Shown: positions 55,107 to 64,000 of the stretch, in pieces
Layout: each line of letters begins with the position of its first letter
How positions within the stretch are numbered: the stretch's first letter is position 1
NCBI GenBank assembly: GCA_035291465.1
Contig: DATDRZ010000132.1
Span: forward strand, 457-64,456
DNA: 64,000 nt
Reading direction: 5' to 3'
Source of the DNA: Anaerolineales bacterium
Lineage (GTDB): Bacteria; Chloroflexota; Anaerolineae; Anaerolineales; UBA11579
The notes under the pieces: generated by a model
The model's input: the letters and a program-made list of their open reading frames with translations, nothing else
What the model was told of the DNA's origin: nothing
The model's database searches: none
Program-made: the position numbers and the translations under genes

Positions 55107-55148
55107 TAACGAATCTTTCAGTCTCTAATCTCCAATCTCTTCTTTTCC
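55107..55148. repeat. Heptamer tandem tract (inverted orientation relative to 8053-8101)
   Basis: The sequence reads ataacga atctttc agtctct aatctcc aatctct tcttttc. It is the reverse complement of the cggttat/tagagac/tggagat-type units. Confidence 0.65.
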
Positions 55149-55194
55149 AACCCATTTGTGCCTGTGATAACATACCGCGCGGCAATTTAGAAAC

Positions 55195-56310
55195 ATGATG
55201 AACACCCGAAGTATTTATCCGTTTACAGCTATTGTTGGCCAGGAGCGTATGAAACGCGCCTTGATTCTCAATGCGGTCGACCAACGCATCGGGGGTGTGC
55301 TTATTCGTGGGGAACGCGGTACGGCTAAGTCCACCGCCGCCCGCGCTATGGCGGCCTTACTGCCCGAAATCGAGGTCATAGCGGAATCGCCTTTCAATGA
55401 CGACCCGCACACCCCGCAATCTTGGTCAGATTGGGCTAAGGAGCACAAATCCAGCGGCCAGGATCTGAAGGTCGTAAAGCGCAAGATCGGCTTTATAGAT
55501 CTACCGGTGAGTGCCACCGAAGACCGCGTAGTAGGTACACTCGATATCGAGAAAGCCATCAAACAGGGGGAGAAGCATTTCGAGCCCGGAGTACTGGCGG
55601 CTGCCAACCGCGGCTTGCTTTACATCGACGAGGTAAACCTGCTCGATGATCACGTGGTGGATTTGCTGCTAGATTCGGCCGCCATGGGCGTCAACATTGT
55701 CGAGCGGGAAGGGATTTCCTTCACCCACCCAGCGCGCTTTATTCTCATCGGCACAATGAACCCGGAAGAGGGCGATCTCCGCCCGCAGTTACTGGACCGT
55801 TTCGCATTGGCCGTGGACATCCACGGTATCCGCGATGCGCGCCAGCGCGTGCAGATTATGGAACGCAACCTGAAATTTGAGGGAAACCCGGACGAGTTCT
55901 ATAAAGAGTGGGAGCCTAAAGAAAAAGAGCTGGCAAACAAGATCATCGCTGCCCGCGAGGTTGTCGACAACGTTGAATACACCTCCCGCGACCTAGTTTC
56001 CATCGCGGCTCTCACCTCGTCTTTGCAGGTGGACGGCCATCGGGGAGACCTTGTGATCCTAAAGACTGCCCGCGCCCAGGCAGCATTTGACGCGCGCAAG
56101 GCGATCACCGATTTGGATATTGCCATCGCTGCCGAGCTGGCGCTGCCCCACCGTATCAAACGCGGACCTTTCCACCAGACGGAAATCACTGTTGCCGAGC
56201 TTCAGGAACGCATCGCCGAGATGCAGCAGCAGGCCGCGGCCAAGGGTGAATCTGAGGTGGAAGCCGAAGAAGAATCTGAAGAGAAAGAACCTGTAAAAAA
56301 AAAGGCTTAG
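55195..56310 (+). CDS. ChlI/BchI-like AAA+ ATPase (chelatase ATPase subunit family)
   Basis: YPFTAIVGQERMKRALILNAV, a Walker A-like GERGTAKST, the Walker B LLYIDEVNLLDDH and RPQLLDRFAL are present. The protein has an acidic C-terminal tail. Confidence 0.9.
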   Translation: MMNTRSIYPFTAIVGQERMKRALILNAVDQRIGGVLIRGERGTAKSTAARAMAALLPEIEVIAESPFNDDPHTPQSWSDWAKEHKSSGQDLKVVKRKIGFIDLPVSATEDRVVGTLDIEKAIKQGEKHFEPGVLAAANRGLLYIDEVNLLDDHVVDLLLDSAAMGVNIVEREGISFTHPARFILIGTMNPEEGDLRPQLLDRFALAVDIHGIRDARQRVQIMERNLKFEGNPDEFYKEWEPKEKELANKIIAAREVVDNVEYTSRDLVSIAALTSSLQVDGHRGDLVILKTARAQAAFDARKAITDLDIAIAAELALPHRIKRGPFHQTEITVAELQERIAEMQQQAAAKGESEVEAEEESEEKEPVKKKA

Positions 56311-56348
56311 AACAGCAGCAACTTAACGAGGCGGAACAGCAAACCCGT

Positions 56349-57263
56349 GTGCCAGAACCGGGCCCGCAAGAAGTATTCGATAAGGGGAATGCCCATTGGT
56401 GGGAAGGCGGGCAAAATGTAAGGTCCAGCGAGACGTTCACGCCGCGCAAGATCGACAATCCATTGGACAAGATCACCCGCCGCCAGAGCGGACGGCGTTC
56501 GCGCACGCACACCGAACGCAAGCGTGGTCGCTATATCCAGGCGCGGCCTGCGGGCGAGGACAAGAGCGACATTGCCTTTGACGCCACGTTCCGCGCCGCG
56601 GCTCCTCACCAAAAGAAACGTGTCAAGCAACGCGAACAGGTTGCTTTTGCCATCCAGCCGCAGGATCTGCAGCGCAAAGTGCGAGTGAAGCGCACCGCTA
56701 ACCTGGTATTGTTCGTAGTTGACGCGTCATGGTCGATGGCAGTAGCCGAGCGCATGTCGGCTACCAAGGGCGCCATTCTGTCGTTGCTGACCGACGCCTA
56801 TCAGCGCCGAGATCGAGTGGGACTGATCGTCTTTCAGAAAGACCGCGCAAATTTAATCCTTCCCCCTACTAGCTCTGTGGAATTGGCTCGCCGTGCTTTA
56901 GCCGATATCCCGGTTGGCGGCAAGACGCCGCTCTCGGCCGGGTTATTTCTGGCACACGACGTCGTCACGCGCGAAAAGCGATTGCACCCAGAGGTGATGC
57001 CTCTGCTGATCCTGCTTACCGATGGTGCCGGCAACGTTGCGATGGGCGATGTTTCGCCGCAGCGAGAGGCGCATGAGTTGGCCGACCAGATCGCCGGGGA
57101 CGAAATTCGCTGCGTAGTGATCAACATGGAACACTCTGCGTTTGACCAGGGGTTGGCCAATTCGCTTGCCGAACATCTGAAATCCCCATGCTATACCCTC
57201 AGTCAACTGCGCGCCGAGAATCTGTACGAAGCCGTGCGCACTGAGATGGCGAAAGTTCAATAG
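56349..57263 (+). CDS. VWA-domain protein (ChlD/BchD C-terminal-domain-like)
   Basis: The MIDAS motif is intact: VVDASWSM (DxSxS), GGKTPL and LLTDGAGN. The start codon is uncertain (GTG at 56349). Confidence 0.85.
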   Translation: MPEPGPQEVFDKGNAHWWEGGQNVRSSETFTPRKIDNPLDKITRRQSGRRSRTHTERKRGRYIQARPAGEDKSDIAFDATFRAAAPHQKKRVKQREQVAFAIQPQDLQRKVRVKRTANLVLFVVDASWSMAVAERMSATKGAILSLLTDAYQRRDRVGLIVFQKDRANLILPPTSSVELARRALADIPVGGKTPLSAGLFLAHDVVTREKRLHPEVMPLLILLTDGAGNVAMGDVSPQREAHELADQIAGDEIRCVVINMEHSAFDQGLANSLAEHLKSPCYTLSQLRAENLYEAVRTEMAKVQ

Positions 57264-57272
57264 CCCCGCTAC

Positions 57273-58112
57273 ATGCAATCCGTTCTTATTACCGGCGCGT
57301 CCACCGGCATCGGCAAAGCCTGTGCGCTGTATCTTGCGAATCGAGGCTGGCAGGTGTTTGCCGGAGTGCGCAAAAACGTGGATACCAAGAAATTAGCCGC
57401 GTCAACCAAGAACATTAAGCCGATCCAACTGGACGTAACCCAACCCAAAGAAATTGCGAAAGCTGTAGCCGCAATTCGCGAAGCTGTAGGCCATGAGGGG
57501 TTACAGGGATTGGTTAACAATGCTGGGATTGCCATTGCAGGGCCGCTGGAGCTCTTGCCGATCAAGGAACTGCGCCGTCAAATGGATGTGAACTTCTTCG
57601 GTCACGTTGAATTGACCCAAGGCTGCCTGCCATTGTTACGCCTGGGACGTGGCCGGGTGGTGAATATCAGTTCAATCAGCGGGCGCGTGACCAGTCCTTT
57701 TTTAGTTCCATATTCGGCTACCAAGTTCGCTCTCGAAGCTTTCACCGATGGTTTGAGACGCGAACTTCTCCCCTGGAAATTGCACGTTGCCAGCGTAGAG
57801 CCCGGCAACATCTATACCCCTATGTGGAGAAAATCTCTAAGGATTGCCGACGCTACGCGTCGCAGATTTCCTCATCCGGCGGAAGCCCTATACGGCGCTG
57901 CAATGGAGCAAGCGCGTAGGCGAGCAATCGATGCCGGAACGCGTGGAATCCCAGCCGAGGACGTGGCCCAAGTTATCTACCATGTGCTGAATGCGCGCCG
58001 GCCTCGCACTCGCTACATCGTCGGGCACGGCACGCGGCTGGCTATTTGGCTGACCCGGCTCCTGCCTGACGAGTGGGTGGATTGGGCGATTGGAAAAGTG
58101 CTTTATCGCTGA
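57273..58112 (+). CDS. Short-chain dehydrogenase/reductase (SDR)
   Basis: The motifs TGASTGIGKA, NNAGI and YSATKFALE (YxxxK) are present. Confidence 0.92.
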   Translation: MQSVLITGASTGIGKACALYLANRGWQVFAGVRKNVDTKKLAASTKNIKPIQLDVTQPKEIAKAVAAIREAVGHEGLQGLVNNAGIAIAGPLELLPIKELRRQMDVNFFGHVELTQGCLPLLRLGRGRVVNISSISGRVTSPFLVPYSATKFALEAFTDGLRRELLPWKLHVASVEPGNIYTPMWRKSLRIADATRRRFPHPAEALYGAAMEQARRRAIDAGTRGIPAEDVAQVIYHVLNARRPRTRYIVGHGTRLAIWLTRLLPDEWVDWAIGKVLYR

Positions 58113-58951
58113 CTCGTGGATCCTTCGCTCATAGACAATTTTGCGTAGGGAATCGGGATTTCGATGCCAGCACGATCGAAGGAAGACTTAATGCCGCTGA
58201 TCCCGGCATCCAGTGCTTCGCCGTAACCGGTTCTGCTCGTGTCGTACCAGTAGAAGATCTTCATCCTTATAGCGAAATCTCGAAATTCTTCAAATCGCAC
58301 GTCTATTGCTGGATCTTCCAATACGCCGGGGATCTTCTTGACAGCATCCAGCGCAGCGCGTCGAGCAGCTTCAAAATCAGTGTGATAGGCCACGCCGACT
58401 TCAATTTGTAAGCGGCGTTTCTTGACCCCAGTAAAGTTAAGCACAGGTTGGGTGAAGATCTCCCCGTTAGGTATACGAACCCGCAATCCATCAACTGTGC
58501 GTATTTCTGTATCGCGCAAATTAATGTCGATTATCGTTCCCGTGAAGCCGGACACTTGGATGGTATCTCCAAGTTCAAAAGGCTGCTGCAGCAGCAGCAG
58601 AAGACCAGCGATGAAGTTCTTGCTGACGTCCTGAAGTGCAAACCCTAATGTGAAACCCAGGATTCCGAGTCCTGTGAGGATGGCAGTCACATTAATCCCC
58701 ACCTGTTGTGCAGAGAAGAGAAGCACACCAACAATGATGACCCATTGGGCGAGGCGGGCTAAGAAAAGGGAAAACTCCGGATCGGCTTGGCGAGAACGCA
58801 AACCTCGCAGAACCAAAGATTGAATAACGCGGGCTATATACAGACCTGCCAGGATAATGAGGATGGTGGTCAGAATAAGGCCGGCGTTTTCGGAAAGTTG
58901 GTTCAGAGCGTCTTGAAACCACAACGAAAGGTTGTTGAACAGATCAGACAC
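58103..58951 (-). CDS. Mechanosensitive ion channel, MscS family
   Basis: Three TM helices are followed by NFIAGLLLLLQQPFELGDTIQVSGFTGTIIDINLRDTEIRTVDG. Confidence 0.9.
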   Translation of the reverse strand: MSDLFNNLSLWFQDALNQLSENAGLILTTILIILAGLYIARVIQSLVLRGLRSRQADPEFSLFLARLAQWVIIVGVLLFSAQQVGINVTAILTGLGILGFTLGFALQDVSKNFIAGLLLLLQQPFELGDTIQVSGFTGTIIDINLRDTEIRTVDGLRVRIPNGEIFTQPVLNFTGVKKRRLQIEVGVAYHTDFEAARRAALDAVKKIPGVLEDPAIDVRFEEFRDFAIRMKIFYWYDTSRTGYGEALDAGISGIKSSFDRAGIEIPIPYAKLSMSEGSTSQR

Positions 58952-59033
58952 TAATTCCTCCTTGAAAGATGATTGGTCATAAATGTTATACCAACCCTGA
59001 GGCTTTTTTCAAAGCCTGCCGTATAATTTCTTC

Positions 59034-59531
59034 ATGCCCATCCTGCGCGCCGGCGCATTCGAAGTTTTCAGCAACAGCCCCGAGCAAACCCGGCGCCTCG
59101 GCATCCAGTTAGGCGGGCTTCTGGAAACCGGCGACCTGGTTTGCCTGGAAGGCGAACTCGGGTCTGGCAAAACCACGCTGGTTCAAGGCATCGCGTCGGG
59201 CTGGGGGTCTCCTACGCATGCCACCAGCCCTACCTTCGTTTTGGTAAACGTATATAAGCGCCCGGATGGTGCGCTGCTTTCCCACCTGGATGCCTATCGC
59301 CTCCAAGATTCCCAGGAAGCCGCGGCCCTGGATATCGATCTGTACCTTGAACAAGGTCCATTGGTTGTCGAGTGGGCGCAGAAGATCGAGTCCGCGTTGC
59401 CAGCCGAAAGATTATGGTTGAAGCTTTTTTGGGTCGACGATGAGCGACGCCGCGTAGAGGTTTCGCCGCAAGGAAAGCGATACGAGCCGATGGTGCGTGC
59501 GTTCCAAGAAGCCGTATACGGGTTGGTATGA
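59034..59531 (+). CDS. tsaE: tRNA t6A37 biosynthesis ATPase TsaE
   Basis: CLEGELGSGKTTLVQGI...SPTFVLVN...HLDAYRL matches TsaE. Confidence 0.9.
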   Translation: MPILRAGAFEVFSNSPEQTRRLGIQLGGLLETGDLVCLEGELGSGKTTLVQGIASGWGSPTHATSPTFVLVNVYKRPDGALLSHLDAYRLQDSQEAAALDIDLYLEQGPLVVEWAQKIESALPAERLWLKLFWVDDERRRVEVSPQGKRYEPMVRAFQEAVYGLV

Positions 59532-60199
59532 CTCTGCTGGCCATCGATTCTTCGACGCACGTCGGCGGTCTAGCGCTTTACGATGGCAACCGCGTGCTTT
59601 ACGAATGCACCTGGTCGCGCCAGGATCCACGCGGCTCCGACCTAGCGCCCGGAATCCAAGTGGCATTTGCGCATACAGGTTTGAAACCAACGGGTTTGAA
59701 GGCCATTGGGATCGCCATCGGCCCCGGTTCCTACACGGGATTGCGCACCAGTCTTGCTCTGGCGAAAGGCATGGCGCTCGTCCATGGCATTGATTTAGTA
59801 GCCGTGCCCACATTAGATATCATTGCAGCCGGCCAGCCGCTTCAAGACAAACCCCTGGCAGCTGTGCTGATAGCGGGGCGCGGGCGCCTGGCAGTTGGCC
59901 GGTACCGCGAGAAAAAAAACCGCTGGCAGGCAGACGGGAAACCCGAATTGATGACCGCCGATGAGCTTGAAGCATCGATCAATAAGCCAACAATAGTCTG
60001 CGGTGAGATATATGAAGAAGAGCGCCGCATCCTGGGACGCAAATACAAAAATGCCGAGCTTGCGACCCCCGCCCAGTGTGTCCGGCGGCCCGCTGTTTTG
60101 GCCGAGCTGGCTTGGGACCGATGGCAGGCCGGGGATGTCGATGACATCCAAGGACTGACGCCAATGTACCTGCAGACGAATGAGACGGTGCCCGCGTGA
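59528..60199 (+). CDS. tsaB: tRNA t6A37 biosynthesis protein TsaB
   Basis: LLAIDSSTHVGGLAL...IAIGPGSYTGLRTSLALAKG matches TsaB. A 4-nt overlap links it to tsaE. Confidence 0.9.
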   Translation: MTLLAIDSSTHVGGLALYDGNRVLYECTWSRQDPRGSDLAPGIQVAFAHTGLKPTGLKAIGIAIGPGSYTGLRTSLALAKGMALVHGIDLVAVPTLDIIAAGQPLQDKPLAAVLIAGRGRLAVGRYREKKNRWQADGKPELMTADELEASINKPTIVCGEIYEEERRILGRKYKNAELATPAQCVRRPAVLAELAWDRWQAGDVDDIQGLTPMYLQTNETVPA

Positions 60200-60726
60200 A
60201 GCCGACGCGCGAAGCGGCGAAATTCAAGTTGCGCCGCATGAGCCGCAGCGACATCGACCAGGTGCACGCACTCGAAGAGCGTATTTTCCCCACTCCCTGG
60301 ACGCGTAAAAGCTACGAATTCGAATTGGAGCGCAACCCCGCGTCCGAGCAGTGGGTTATCGAAGCATGGGCTGAGCACAGTGAATGGGTCATCATCGCTT
60401 ATAGCGTCTGCTGGCGATTAGGGGACGAACTGCATATCGCTAACCTCGCCGTGTCGCCCGGTTTCCGGCGTCGAGGTCTTGGGCGGCGCTTGCTGCATCA
60501 TGTACTGGCCCGCGCGGCGCGAAAAGGGATGAGGAGCGCTACGCTCGAAGTGCGTTCCGGTAACCAAGCAGCCAGGGCTTTGTACGCAAGTTTCGGTTTC
60601 GAGGTCGTGGGAAAGCGCAAGCGCTATTACAGCAATAATGGCGAAGACGCTCTCCTGATGCAGTTAGCCCAATTGGACCCCGTTGCTTTGGATGCCGAGC
60701 AAGGCCAACAAGCGGAGCGAGCATGA
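60196..60726 (+). CDS. rimI: Ribosomal-protein-alanine N-acetyltransferase (RimI-like GNAT)
   Basis: IANLAVSPGFRRRGLGRRLL...ARALYASFGF matches RimI, in the conserved tsaE-tsaB-rimI context. Confidence 0.85.
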   Translation: MKPTREAAKFKLRRMSRSDIDQVHALEERIFPTPWTRKSYEFELERNPASEQWVIEAWAEHSEWVIIAYSVCWRLGDELHIANLAVSPGFRRRGLGRRLLHHVLARAARKGMRSATLEVRSGNQAARALYASFGFEVVGKRKRYYSNNGEDALLMQLAQLDPVALDAEQGQQAERA

Positions 60727-61352
60727 ATTCGGCTGATGTGTTGAAAGAAATCGCGGCCCAAACCGCAGCTTGCACAAAGTGCCAGCTGCAGTACTCGCGA
60801 AAACTGGCAGTTCCCGGCGAAGGCCCTTCGAATGCCAAGATTCTGTTCATTGGAGAAGGTCCTGGATTCCACGAAAACGAACAAGGGCGGCCCTTCGTAG
60901 GCCCAGCCGGTCAATACTTGGAAGAATTATTAGCCAGCATCAATTTAAGGCGCGAGCAGGTCTATATAACCAACGTGGTAAAATGCCGCCCGCCCGGAAA
61001 CCGAGACCCGCAAACCGAAGAGCTGGCAGCCTGCAGCGATTATTTAGAACGGCAGATCCTGGCTATCAATCCCAAGGTCATCGTCACCTTGGGGCGCTAT
61101 TCGATGGCGCGCTTCCTGCCAAACGCAAAAATCAGCGAGATCCACGGGCAAGCTGTTCGTGTGCATGGCAAATTGATCGTGCCTATGTATCATCCAGCCG
61201 CCGCGCTGCACCAGCCCTCGCTGCGCAGCACGGTGGAAACCGATTTCAAAAAACTGCCGGAGTGGATGACGAAAGCGGGTACTATACCCGAAATCGAGAA
61301 TGAACCTGTTTCCCCCCAATCCGAGAATCACGAACAACTAAGTTTGTTTTAG
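60723..61352 (+). CDS. Uracil-DNA glycosylase, family 4
   Basis: C..C.L......VPGEGPSNAKILFIGEGPGFHENEQGRPFVGPAGQYL...HPAA matches family 4. Confidence 0.9.
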   Translation: MNSADVLKEIAAQTAACTKCQLQYSRKLAVPGEGPSNAKILFIGEGPGFHENEQGRPFVGPAGQYLEELLASINLRREQVYITNVVKCRPPGNRDPQTEELAACSDYLERQILAINPKVIVTLGRYSMARFLPNAKISEIHGQAVRVHGKLIVPMYHPAAALHQPSLRSTVETDFKKLPEWMTKAGTIPEIENEPVSPQSENHEQLSLF

Positions 61353-61359
61353 AGGTGCA

Positions 61360-62679
61360 ATGACGGATATACGTGCCACCTTGGAGCGCAAACTGCGCGA
61401 ACGCAGCGCGAAAATGGCGGTGCTCGGCCTCGGATATGTTGGCCTCCCATTTGCCACCGTATTTGCTGAAAGTGGGTTCGAGGTGATTGGCATTGATCCA
61501 GATCCACGAAAAGCCGGGGCTGTTAATGCAGGGGAATCCTACATTGGAGACATAGAAAGCCGGCAAGTAGCGAAGCTGGTGAACGCCAAGAAACTGCGCG
61601 CCACAACAGATTTTTCCGAGCTGGCCGGAGTGGAGGCCGTCAGCATCTGCGTACCTACTCCCTTGCGCAAGACTGGGGACCCGGATCTGTCCTTTATTGT
61701 GTCCGCCACCGAGAAACTAGCTGAGCAATTGCACCCGGGTATGGTGATCGTGCTGGAATCAACAACGTATCCTGGCACGACCCGCGAACTGATGTTGGAT
61801 ATGCTAGCCAGCAAGAGCGGCTTGAAAGCGGGCGAAGATTTCTTCCTGGCCTTCTCTCCAGAGCGCGTCGATCCCGGCCGAAAGGACTGGACCACCGTCA
61901 ACATGCCTAAAGTGGTGGGCGGTGTCACCAAGGCCTGCGGTGAGGTGGCCTCTCTATGGTATTCGCAGGCCTTGAAAACGGTAGTGTCGGTGAGTTCCGC
62001 CGAAGTTGCCGAGATGGCCAAGTTGCTGGAAAACACGTTCCGCATGGTCAACGTTGGCCTGGTGAATGAAATGGCGCTGATGTGCAACCGGCTGGGAATT
62101 GACGTGTGGGAAGTCATAGACGCCGCAGCCACCAAACCATTCGGTTTTATGAAATTTACGCCAGGTCCTGGCCTGGGCGGGCACTGCATACCCATCGACC
62201 CGTTGTACTTGTCGTGGAAGCTAAAAGAGCTCAACTACACGGCGCGCTTTATTGAACTGGCTTCGGAGATCAACACCAGCATGCCACGTTATGTGGTCGG
62301 GCGCGTTCAGGATGCACTTAACGAGCATGGCAAATCCCTCAATGGCAGCAAGGTCCTGGTGTTAGGTACAGCGTACAAACCCGATATTGATGATCTGAGA
62401 GAATCTCCGGCGCTGGACGTGATCGCCCTGCTGCGCGAGAAGAAGGCTGATGTTGCCTATCACGACCCACACATTCTCCACATAGATCACGAGGATTGGG
62501 CGCTGGACAGCGTGCCCAATTACTTGAATTCAGCCAAAGAAGCCGACGTGGTAGTGATCATCACCAACCACAAAGCCTATGATTACCCTGAACTCCTAAA
62601 ACATTCGAGGCTGATCTTCGATTCGCGCAACGCTTTCGGCCAGAACGCCAAAGGCGACCCCAAAGTGGTCGGACTTTAG
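61360..62679 (+). CDS. Nucleotide-sugar 6-dehydrogenase (UDP-GlcNAc / UDP-ManNAc dehydrogenase family)
   Basis: The N-terminal Rossmann segment reads VLGLGYVGLP. The catalytic Cys region reads GPGLGGHCIPIDP. The length is 439 aa. Confidence 0.9.
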   Translation: MTDIRATLERKLRERSAKMAVLGLGYVGLPFATVFAESGFEVIGIDPDPRKAGAVNAGESYIGDIESRQVAKLVNAKKLRATTDFSELAGVEAVSICVPTPLRKTGDPDLSFIVSATEKLAEQLHPGMVIVLESTTYPGTTRELMLDMLASKSGLKAGEDFFLAFSPERVDPGRKDWTTVNMPKVVGGVTKACGEVASLWYSQALKTVVSVSSAEVAEMAKLLENTFRMVNVGLVNEMALMCNRLGIDVWEVIDAAATKPFGFMKFTPGPGLGGHCIPIDPLYLSWKLKELNYTARFIELASEINTSMPRYVVGRVQDALNEHGKSLNGSKVLVLGTAYKPDIDDLRESPALDVIALLREKKADVAYHDPHILHIDHEDWALDSVPNYLNSAKEADVVVIITNHKAYDYPELLKHSRLIFDSRNAFGQNAKGDPKVVGL

Positions 62680-63650
62680 TGGCGCGATACCTGGTTACGG
62701 GCGTGGCGGGCTTTATCGGCGCCCGCGTAACAGAGCTCTTGCTCGGCGCGGGTGACACTGTGGTGGGGGTGGACAACATGAACACCGCTTACGACGTGCG
62801 CCTAAAGGAATACCGGCTCAAAAACCTGGAGGGGAAAAAGGGATTCGAATTTCGGCGGCTGGATATTTCTAATCGTAAAGCCGTGGAAGAATTAAGCGAA
62901 GAAATGTTCGCAGGCGTAATCAACCTTGCGGCACGCGCTGGGGTGCGCGACAGCGTCGAAGACCCCTGGATCTATCTCGAGTCGAATACCGCCGGCACAC
63001 TGAATCTTCTGGAATTATGCCGCCGGCAAGGTATTGAGAAATTCGTGCTGGCCTCCACCTCCAGCATCTATGGCGCCAACGCGCCGCTGCCGACACCGGA
63101 GACCGCGGACAGCAGCCATCCGTTACAGCCGTATGCCGCCAGCAAGAAGGGCGCCGAGGCCATGTGCCACGTCTACCATTTCCTTTACGGCATTGACGTG
63201 ACCATCGTGCGCTACTTCACAGTGTACGGGCCAGCGGGACGGCCGAATATGTCCATGTTCCGATTTATGCAATGCATCAGTGAAGGCAAGCCGATCCAAT
63301 TGCTAGGAGATGGAAACCAGACCCGCGGCTTTACCTATATCGATGACATCGCTCGCGGCACCATCTTGGCGCTAAAGCCAGTAGGCTTCGAGATCGTGAA
63401 TTTAGGCGGTCACGAATCAATTTCGATCAACGATTTGATCGCCATGCTCGAAAAATTCATTGGGCGCAAGGCAACTGTCGAGCAGCTGCCTGCCGAAAAA
63501 GCCGACATGTCGGCCAGTTGGGCGGATGTGAGCAAGGCTGGGAAGCTTCTGGGCTGGGAACCCCAAGTGGGGCTGGAAAGCGGCATCGCCAAAATGGTGG
63601 AATGGTACAAGGCCGAGCGATCCTGGGCTTCTCGAATCAAGTTGGATTGA
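62679..63650 (+). CDS. NAD-dependent nucleotide-sugar epimerase (UDP-glucuronate 4-epimerase-like)
   Basis: The motifs VTGVAGFIGARV, STSSIYG and YAASKKGAE (YxxxK) are present. The GTG start overlaps the upstream stop (TAGTG). Confidence 0.9.
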   Translation: MARYLVTGVAGFIGARVTELLLGAGDTVVGVDNMNTAYDVRLKEYRLKNLEGKKGFEFRRLDISNRKAVEELSEEMFAGVINLAARAGVRDSVEDPWIYLESNTAGTLNLLELCRRQGIEKFVLASTSSIYGANAPLPTPETADSSHPLQPYAASKKGAEAMCHVYHFLYGIDVTIVRYFTVYGPAGRPNMSMFRFMQCISEGKPIQLLGDGNQTRGFTYIDDIARGTILALKPVGFEIVNLGGHESISINDLIAMLEKFIGRKATVEQLPAEKADMSASWADVSKAGKLLGWEPQVGLESGIAKMVEWYKAERSWASRIKLD

Positions 63651-63670
63651 CCCTTTGCCCCATTGCAGTG

Positions 63671-64000
63671 ATGTTTAGACCCCCTCTCGAACGCCTGGAA
63701 CAGCTTTATTTGCGCGTCTTCGACACCGAGCTGTTGCGCCGCATCCTGCGCAACTCCAGCTATTTGGTGAGCGCAACCGTGCTCTCTGCTGCGATAGGTA
63801 TGGTGCAGGGAGCCATCCAGGTACGCGTGATTGGGGTAGCAGGTCTCGGCTTGCTCGCCGCCATGGGCAATTTCACCAACGTGCTCAACCGATTTACCTC
63901 GTTCCGGATCGATGAATTGGTTGTGCGCTACGTGCGCCACTATGAAGAGCGCAAACAGCACACGCAGGCGGCAGCCGTCTACAAACTGGCTGCATTATTG
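63671..64000 (+). CDS. Polysaccharide biosynthesis / oligosaccharide flippase (Wzx, MOP superfamily)-like protein; N-terminal part, continues beyond the window
   Basis: The frame from the ATG at 63671 stays open to the window end (110 codons, checked by hand). The hydrophobic N-terminus NSSYLVSATVLSAAIGMVQGAIQVRVIGVAGLGLLAAMGNF and the sugar-locus context support the call. Confidence 0.6.
   Translation, partial: MFRPPLERLEQLYLRVFDTELLRRILRNSSYLVSATVLSAAIGMVQGAIQVRVIGVAGLGLLAAMGNFTNVLNRFTSFRIDELVVRYVRHYEERKQHTQAAAVYKLAALL

Noticed and set aside
55195-57263. Bacteriochlorophyll (Mg-chelatase) biosynthesis genes implying phototrophy
   Set aside because: No bchH/chlH or other bch, puf or reaction-centre genes are present in the window. 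The ChlD-like gene lacks the AAA half. The I/D-like pair alone is widespread in non-phototrophs.
1-64000. tRNA, rRNA or tmRNA genes in intergenic regions
   Set aside because: I scanned the spacers for T-loop-like GGTTCGAATCC or GTTCRANYC motifs next to acceptor-stem complementarity and found none. This was a visual scan only, so tRNAscan-SE or Infernal should confirm it.

Overview
This is a gene-dense, high-GC bacterial chromosomal segment with about 60 protein genes. The protein set and the many lipobox lipoproteins look Chloroflexota/Anaerolineae-like, but that is unverified inference. All calls were made by eye from the sequence and the ORF track; no database search or folding program was run.

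The content is mostly housekeeping:
- a tandem pair of ABC exporter genes
- thyA-folA
- a long minus-strand nusA-ylxR-infB-rbfA-nrnA-truB-ribF superoperon
- cca plus a GNAT gene
- a membrane FHA / PP2C pair
- a cell-envelope block: heparinase II/III-like, GT4, sortase, a polytopic GT-C-like membrane protein, and a DUF3048 protein
- acnA, surE
- a TPP-riboswitch-controlled thiamine salvage operon
- nth, asparaginase II, and a GAF/PAS histidine kinase
- holB, uvrD/pcrA, galE, rpsA
- a ChlI-like AAA+/VWA pair, an MscS channel, tsaE-tsaB-rimI and a family-4 UDG
- the start of a polysaccharide locus

I saw no rRNA, tRNA, CRISPR array, transposase, integrase or phage genes, and no obvious defence island.

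The most interesting signals are:
1. The thiamine operon carries two translationally coupled genes with no assigned thiamine role: a PNPOx-like protein and a DUF402 phosphohydrolase.
2. Two intergenic repeat families recur through the window. One is a set of palindromic MITE/REP-like elements with GTCATTCTGAG...GAAGAATCC-type ends. The other is a set of heptamer or octamer tandem tracts that sit exactly at gene boundaries.
3. Several proteins have unusual architectures: an EF-Tu-domain-2-like barrel fused to a histone-H1-like KAKPKAK tail, a NusA with a roughly 290-aa low-complexity extension, and a DUF3048 protein with an inserted SdrD-B-like domain.
4. There is an orphan 495-aa protein I cannot place.
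5. A promoter plus terminator-like hairpin in the nusA leader suggests autoregulation.

I cannot claim a clear-cut new multi-gene system. The thiamine operon is the best candidate.
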